From positions 1 through 46,528 of the forward strand of contig DASYTV010000008.1 of assembly GCA_036001885.1 (NCBI GenBank): a stretch of 46,528 nucleotides of DNA, written 5' to 3'. Below are positions 42,224 to 46,528 of this stretch, piece after piece. Numbering within the stretch: position 1 is the stretch's first letter; every line of letters begins with the position of its first letter. This DNA comes from Actinomycetes bacterium (GTDB lineage Bacteria; Actinomycetota; Actinomycetes; JAKEEW01). The translations under genes were made by a program, and so were the position numbers. A model generated the notes under the pieces. The model was not told the DNA's origin. It searched no databases and was given only the letters and a program-made list of their open reading frames with translations.

Positions 42224-42265
42224 GTGATCGCCTCAGCGGGGTTCAACCTGTCCGTGCTTCGGAGC
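42224..42265 (+). repeat. 41/42-nt repeat, copy 2 (GTGATCGCCTCAGCGGGGTTCAACCTGTCCGTGCTTCGGAGC)
   Basis: A direct-orientation copy of 18833-18873. It begins at the break point of the xylA remnant. Confidence 0.85.
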
Positions 42266-42381
42266 CGCGCCGGGATACCCGGTTGCGGCCCGGCAGGTCC
42301 TCGATGTCGTATTGACATGCCCTGACCTGCGCAGTCCGATGACAGGGTCGCCGTATCGGCGGCACGGCCAGGGGAGGTTCT

Positions 42382-43059
42382 ATGAGCTCGTACGAGAACG
42401 ACCTGCACATCCTCGATGCGGAGCTCCAGGTAGTGGCTCAAGCCTTCGACGAGCTATCCGATGAACAATGGGCGTTGCCGACGCTCTTGCGCCCACTCGA
42501 CGAGAACCTGCCGAACTGGACACTCTTCGAGCTGGCCGGCCACTTCGACATCTCAATCGGGCTGACTCGAATGCTGATCGCGGATCAGGAGAACACCACC
42601 GGCCAGGTCGGCCGCGACCGGGCCAGTTTCTTCATCTTCCCGCGCTCCGAGGTCGCGCCGGTCGTATACGACTACGCCTACACGATGGTCGAAGGAAAAA
42701 CACCGGCGCAGATGCCCGACGTGCTACGCGAGACGTTCACCCGCACCGTCGAGGAGTCCCGGGAGACTGGCCCGGACAAGATCGGGTCCGGATACTACGC
42801 GCTCATGCAGCTCGGCGAGTTCGTGCCGAGCCGTGTCGTCGAGGCGGTAGTGCACGGGATGGATCTGACCGACGCGCTTGGCAAGCCGATCATGGCCACG
42901 CCCGAGGGCATCGCTCTTACCGCGTCGATCCTCGACCAGCTGCTGGCGCGCCGGACCGTCGGCGGACGCCCGGTCGATCTGTCCGACGATGTGGCCTGGA
43001 TTCGGGCGGCGTCCGGCCGTAGCGAACATCGCGATCCGCGGCTGCCCCTGATCGGCTAG
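42382..43059 (+). CDS. DinB-like / maleylpyruvate-isomerase N-terminal-domain (mycothiol-dependent enzyme family) protein
   Basis: 225 aa. The N-terminal four-helix-like region with 'FDELSDEQWALPT' and 'LFELAGHF' resembles actinobacterial MDMPI_N/TIGR03083 proteins. The assignment is weak. Confidence 0.45.
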   Translation: MSSYENDLHILDAELQVVAQAFDELSDEQWALPTLLRPLDENLPNWTLFELAGHFDISIGLTRMLIADQENTTGQVGRDRASFFIFPRSEVAPVVYDYAYTMVEGKTPAQMPDVLRETFTRTVEESRETGPDKIGSGYYALMQLGEFVPSRVVEAVVHGMDLTDALGKPIMATPEGIALTASILDQLLARRTVGGRPVDLSDDVAWIRAASGRSEHRDPRLPLIG

Positions 43060-43090
43060 GTACGAGTGCGGCCGCTCGCTTTGCGCTCGC

Positions 43091-44511
43091 TCAGGACACG
43101 GCTGGTTGGCGCAGTGCGGCTCGCTGTCCCCCCAGTTGGTGCTCGCGTGTCCAGGACTGGGTCGCCCCCTGCACTGCGTCCCAGGGCGAGCCCAGAGGCG
43201 GGCTATAGGAAAGGTCGAGGTCGGAGAGTGCGGCGACCGTCATGTTGTGGAACAGCGCGGCGGCGTAGGTGTCCACTCGCTTGGCGGTCTCGGTGCCTCG
43301 CGCTCCGACGAGCTGGGCGCCCAGGAGCCTGCCGGTGGCCACGTCGCCGGTGATGCGAATCGCGATGGGCTGCGCCCCGGGGTAGTACGCCTTGTGGTCG
43401 TCGGGAGTGGCCTGCGTGGTCGCTGGTGTGTACCCGGCTGCTTGGGCTTCCTGGTGGCGCAGGCCCGTACGCGCGGCGACGAGGTCGAAGACCTTCACGA
43501 CCTGGGTACCCAAACGGCCGGCGAATCGGGCGGTCCCGCCCACTGCGTTCTCGCCCGCCACCCGGCCCTGCTTGTGAGCGGTCGTGCCGAGCGGGAGGTA
43601 GGTGACGCCGAGGAGCCGGTGATGGGTGTGCACGCAGTCGCCGGCCGCCCAGACGTGCGGAAGCCCGGTGCGCATGGCCTCGTCGACGACGACGGCGCCC
43701 CGGGCGCCGGTGCGTGCACCGGCGCCGACGAGAAGGCTGGTGTCTGGTCGGACCCCGACCACCACCAGCACCAGGTCGACGTCCCAGCCCAGCGGCTGGC
43801 CGTCAGCACCTTTGCCGTCGACGTGCAGTCGGGCATCTCCCACACCCGTGTGGGCGATCCGCGTCACGCTGGCATGCGTTCGGACCTGAACACCGTTGCG
43901 CCGCAGCTCCTCCCGCACCAGCACGCCAAGCTCGGGATCGACGGTCGGCAGTACCTCCTGCAGCATCTCGATCTGGGTGACGGCGATGCCCCGACTGGTC
44001 AGCCCTTCGGCCATCTCCAGCCCGACGTATCCAGCGCCGACGATCAGCGCGGTTTCCGGCCGGAGGCGTTCCAGGCTTGCGGTCAGGGCGAACGTGTCTC
44101 CCATCGAGTGCAGCAGGTGCACCCCGTCCTCCACTCCCAGTTCGTCGAGGCCGCCGATGGGTGGGTGAACTGGAAGAGCGCCGGTCCCGACGACCAGCTC
44201 GTCATACGTGAGCCACTTTTCCGACCCGCCTGGCTCTCGCACCGCGACTCGCCGGCCGAGGACATCGATCGCGGGGCCACCGTGTCCAGGCGCAGGGTCA
44301 GCCCGGCCCCTTCGAGGTCGGCGACACTTCGGTGCGCAAGGTTGCGCCAGTGGGTCACCTCGCCGGAGATGTAGTACGGGATGCCGCAGATAGAGAAGTT
44401 CGGGTAGGCGTCGGCGACCACGACGGTGACCTCGGCGGTCGGGTCGAGCTCGCGGGCGCGCAGCCCCGCGGAGATGCCGGCGTCGCTTCCGCCGACGGCC
44501 ACCAGGTGCAT
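43091..44511 (-). pseudogene. FAD-dependent pyridine nucleotide-disulfide oxidoreductase (CoA-disulfide reductase / NADH oxidase type) with a 1-nt frameshift
   Basis: The N-terminal frame (ATG 44511, RBS GGAAGGA) reads 'LVAVGGSDAGISAG' and 'YPNFSICGIPYYISG' (single redox Cys). It leaves the family pattern after 'LTLRLDTVAP'. The pattern resumes in the -1 frame with 'AIDVLGRRVAVREPGG..YDELVVGTGA..LIVGAGYVGLEMAE'. The junction is the G4 run at 44273-44276. Confidence 0.8.
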
Positions 44512-44571
44512 TTCGCTCGGTCCTTCCCGGCGTCGGCGATCGCTCTTCCCCGCGGACGTGCAGGTCCCCAC

Positions 44572-44600
44572 CTTGACGGGTCGAGAATTACTCAGTCAAG
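44572..44600. promoter_or_regulatory. inverted repeat in the ars divergent promoter (candidate ArsR operator)
   Basis: CTTGAC (44572-44577) and GTCAAG (44595-44600) flank an AT-rich 17-nt spacer. They lie 10 nt upstream of the ArsR-fusion ATG. TTGAC(-35-like) boxes occur at 44573 and 44602. Confidence 0.25.
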
Positions 44601-44609
44601 ATTGACACA

Positions 44610-45284
44610 ATGAACACTAAGCAAAGCGGCGCGTTGCAGCGTCGGGTGGCCGTTCATGCAGCCCTGTCCGACCCGGCCCGCCTGACGATCGTCGACACCC
44701 TGGTCCTCGGGGACGCCTCCCCGTCGGAGTTGCAGGCCGCGCTGGCGATGCCGTCGAACCTACTCGCCCATCACATCAAGGTCCTGGAGGACGAGGGCAT
44801 CCTGGTGCGTCGCCGGTCCGAGGGCGACCGGCGCCGCACCTACCTGCGGCTAGTGCCCTCGGCACTCGACGGGCTTGTGCCCGGGGACGTGCAGATCGCG
44901 GCCTGTGTGCTCTTTGTTTGTACGGCGAACTCTGCCCGCTCGCAGCTTGCCGCCGCGCTGTGGCGTCGCACCAGCTCTGTTCCGGCCACATCCGCCGGCA
45001 CCAAGCCCGCGGCCCGGATCGATCCGGGTGCGGTCGCATCCGCTCACCGGCACGGCCTGCGGCTGCGCATCGTCCGACCCCGTCCGATCGATGACGTCCT
45101 GACCGCGGACAGCCTGATCATCACCGTCTGCGACCACGCGCACGAGGAACTCGCGCGTACCCCGACCCTGCACTGGTCCGTCCCGGACCCCGCACGGGTC
45201 GGCACCGACGCCGCATACGACGCGGCCTTCGACGAACTCGCCCTCCGGGTCAACGAGCTTGCCCCACGCCTGGCCGCCTCCTGA
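44610..45284 (+). CDS. ArsR-family HTH fused to a low-molecular-weight phosphatase/ArsC-like domain
   Basis: N-terminal 'LSDPARLTIVDTLVLGDASPSELQAALAMPSNLLAHHIKVLEDEGILVRRRSEGDRRRTYLRL' is an ArsR/SmtB wHTH without the CVC metal site. C-terminal 'VLFVCTANSARSQLAAALW' is a CX5R(S) P-loop, followed by 'IITVCDHAHEE'. Confidence 0.8.
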   Translation: MNTKQSGALQRRVAVHAALSDPARLTIVDTLVLGDASPSELQAALAMPSNLLAHHIKVLEDEGILVRRRSEGDRRRTYLRLVPSALDGLVPGDVQIAACVLFVCTANSARSQLAAALWRRTSSVPATSAGTKPAARIDPGAVASAHRHGLRLRIVRPRPIDDVLTADSLIITVCDHAHEELARTPTLHWSVPDPARVGTDAAYDAAFDELALRVNELAPRLAAS

Positions 45285-45297
45285 TGGGAGCACTGAC

Positions 45298-45951
45298 ATG
45301 CCCGAGACCTATCCCCGACCTGTGATCACGCTCGACCAGCAGGTGGCGCTGAAGACCGCCGCGAGCCTTCTGACCCGCGACTTCGACGGCACCTTCGGCG
45401 TCGAGACCATCGAACGGTTCCTTTACTCCTCCTATGAGCAGTTTGCAGGCGGCGCCACAATCGCGAACTTCCTCCCTTTGCTGGCTGAACGGTTCGCCCG
45501 TCAGCGGCTCCAGGCTTTGGCGCGGGTGGAAGGCAAGGGACACGACGGTCGACAGATCGTGCTGTTCCTGTGCGTGCACAACGCTGGGCGATCGCAGATG
45601 GCCATGGGGTTCTTCCAGCACTTGGCCGGCGACCAGGCAGTCGCGTGGTCCGGCGGATCGGAGCCGAGCAGTGAGGTGAACCCAGCGGCGGTTGCGGCGA
45701 TGGCCGAGCGCGGCATCGACATCTCAAAGGAATTTCCCAAGCCGTGGACCGACGAGGTGGTGCGCGCCGCCGACGCGGTCATCAGCATGGGTTGCGGCGA
45801 CGCCTGCCCGATCTTCCCGGGCAAGCGGTACGAGGAGTGGACCCTCGACGACCCCGCAGGCCAAGGCCTTGAACAAGTCCGTTCGATCCGTGACGAAATC
45901 GAACAACGCGTGCGCCGCCTACTCGACGAACTCCACGTCACCACTGGCTGA
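45298..45951 (+). CDS. arsC: arsenate reductase (LMW-PTPase/thioredoxin-coupled type) with a ~90-aa N-terminal extension
   Basis: 'VLFLCVHNAGRSQMAMGFF' is the CX5R P-loop. 'ISMGCGDACP' is the distal Cys pair. 'WTLDDPAG' is also present. The ATG at 45298 is preceded by GGGAG. Confidence 0.8.
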   Translation: MPETYPRPVITLDQQVALKTAASLLTRDFDGTFGVETIERFLYSSYEQFAGGATIANFLPLLAERFARQRLQALARVEGKGHDGRQIVLFLCVHNAGRSQMAMGFFQHLAGDQAVAWSGGSEPSSEVNPAAVAAMAERGIDISKEFPKPWTDEVVRAADAVISMGCGDACPIFPGKRYEEWTLDDPAGQGLEQVRSIRDEIEQRVRRLLDELHVTTG

Positions 45952-46416
45952 CTGCGACCAGGAGGTAGGACGGGTGCGGAGGCTCCGCGCCAGGGTGGGG
46001 ATCATCACCGTCGCAGCGACGAGGTGTAGCCCGAGGAGGGCGGTGATAGTGGCGGGGGCTGCCTCAGAGAGGAGGGGCGGGAGCAACGAGATCGCGGTCA
46101 GCGTCACTGCCGTCCGCACGAATCGCTCGGCTGGGCGAGCGCTCCAACGAAGAAGAGCGGCGGCAATGACGATGCCCACGACCGAGAAGAAGCCGGTCAC
46201 CACGGCGAACCCGGACAACGGGATCGTCTCGCCACCATCGGGGACCTCGAAGTCGACGCCAACGGCCTGGGCAAGCGCAGCGGCGAGGGTGGTGGCGACC
46301 ATCGCCGCGAGCGCGGCAATGAAGCCGGTGCCGACGAGCCCCCGGAGTCGGTGGGTGTGGCTGGTCTGACCCGATGCCGGGCCTGCGACGACCCCGGTGT
46401 CATTCATGCTGTTCAT
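45919..46416 (-). CDS. DUF6069-like small membrane protein
   Basis: It has four predicted TM segments. 'AALAQAVGVDFEVPDGGETIPLSGFAVVT' and 'TALLGLHLVAATVMIPTL' fit the actinobacterial DUF6069 pattern. The RBS GGAGGA precedes the ATG at 46416. The 3' end overlaps arsC by 33 nt. Confidence 0.55.
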   Translation of the reverse strand: MNSMNDTGVVAGPASGQTSHTHRLRGLVGTGFIAALAAMVATTLAAALAQAVGVDFEVPDGGETIPLSGFAVVTGFFSVVGIVIAAALLRWSARPAERFVRTAVTLTAISLLPPLLSEAAPATITALLGLHLVAATVMIPTLARSLRTRPTSWSQSASGDVEFVE

Positions 46417-46528
46417 GTCGTTCCTCCATCATTCGGTGACTGGCGTGCGGGGGGTATGTTGACTGGCATGTGACGGTCCTGGCCCCGGGGTGTCATTCAG
46501 TCGGGTCGACCGGAGTACGCCGGTCGGT

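Noticed and set aside
18833-42265. An integrase-mediated genomic island with attL/attR formed by the 41-nt repeats.
   Set aside because: No integrase or excisionase gene lies inside or beside the block. The genes interrupted at the two ends are different (isochorismatase versus xylA), which is not what a single site-specific insertion produces. I kept the repeat-bounded block as a finding but not as a classical integrative element.

Overview
This is a 46.5-kb chromosomal segment of actinobacterial type. G+C is high, roughly 65-72% judged by eye; nothing was computed. I can support about 44 protein-coding genes or gene remnants, most on the minus strand. I saw no rRNA, no intact tRNA and no CRISPR array. 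Layout: (i) 1-12.6 kb holds mixed genes: a Cys-less DksA/TraR-like 3' fragment, a hydrolase/TetR divergent pair, and a lower-GC DUF4234 gene abutting a 3'-truncated FAD oxidase. It also holds an MFS exporter, YciI plus an ECF-type sigma factor, a wHTH-nucleotidyltransferase/HEPN toxin-antitoxin-like pair, glpK and ppk2. The last gene here is a flippase-like membrane protein preceded by a ~325-nt highly structured leader. (ii) 13-18.1 kb holds DUF2252, a GH65 phosphorylase and a PfkB kinase. (iii) 18.1-19.2 kb is a decay zone with an IS5-like transposase remnant, an isochorismatase-family fragment and a 41-nt repeat. (iv) 19.2-42.3 kb is a ~23-kb catabolic block. It contains one long operon (orphan TPP-dependent E1 alpha/beta, M24-like enzyme, VOC protein, butanediol-dehydrogenase-like ADH, CUT2-type sugar ABC importer with a fused ATPase-permease). 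It also has two more MDR dehydrogenases, an XRE-cupin regulator and two SDRs. A second tightly coupled operon encodes an alpha/beta hydrolase, acyl-CoA dehydrogenase, acyl-CoA synthetase, APH-like kinase and an orphan EboE-like TIM-barrel protein. The block ends in a dead LacI gene with an intact operator, an intradiol dioxygenase, a truncated xylA and a second copy of the 41-nt repeat. (v) 42.4-46.5 kb holds a DinB-like protein, a frameshifted CoA-disulfide-reductase-like flavoprotein, an ArsR-phosphatase fusion, ArsC and DUF6069. The signals most worth follow-up are the repeat-bounded, decay-flanked 23-kb block, the structured leader (cobalamin-riboswitch-like or a tRNA 3'-end relic), the two uncharacterised operons and the HEPN/MNT pair. 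All family assignments rest on motif recognition in the supplied translations; no database search was run.
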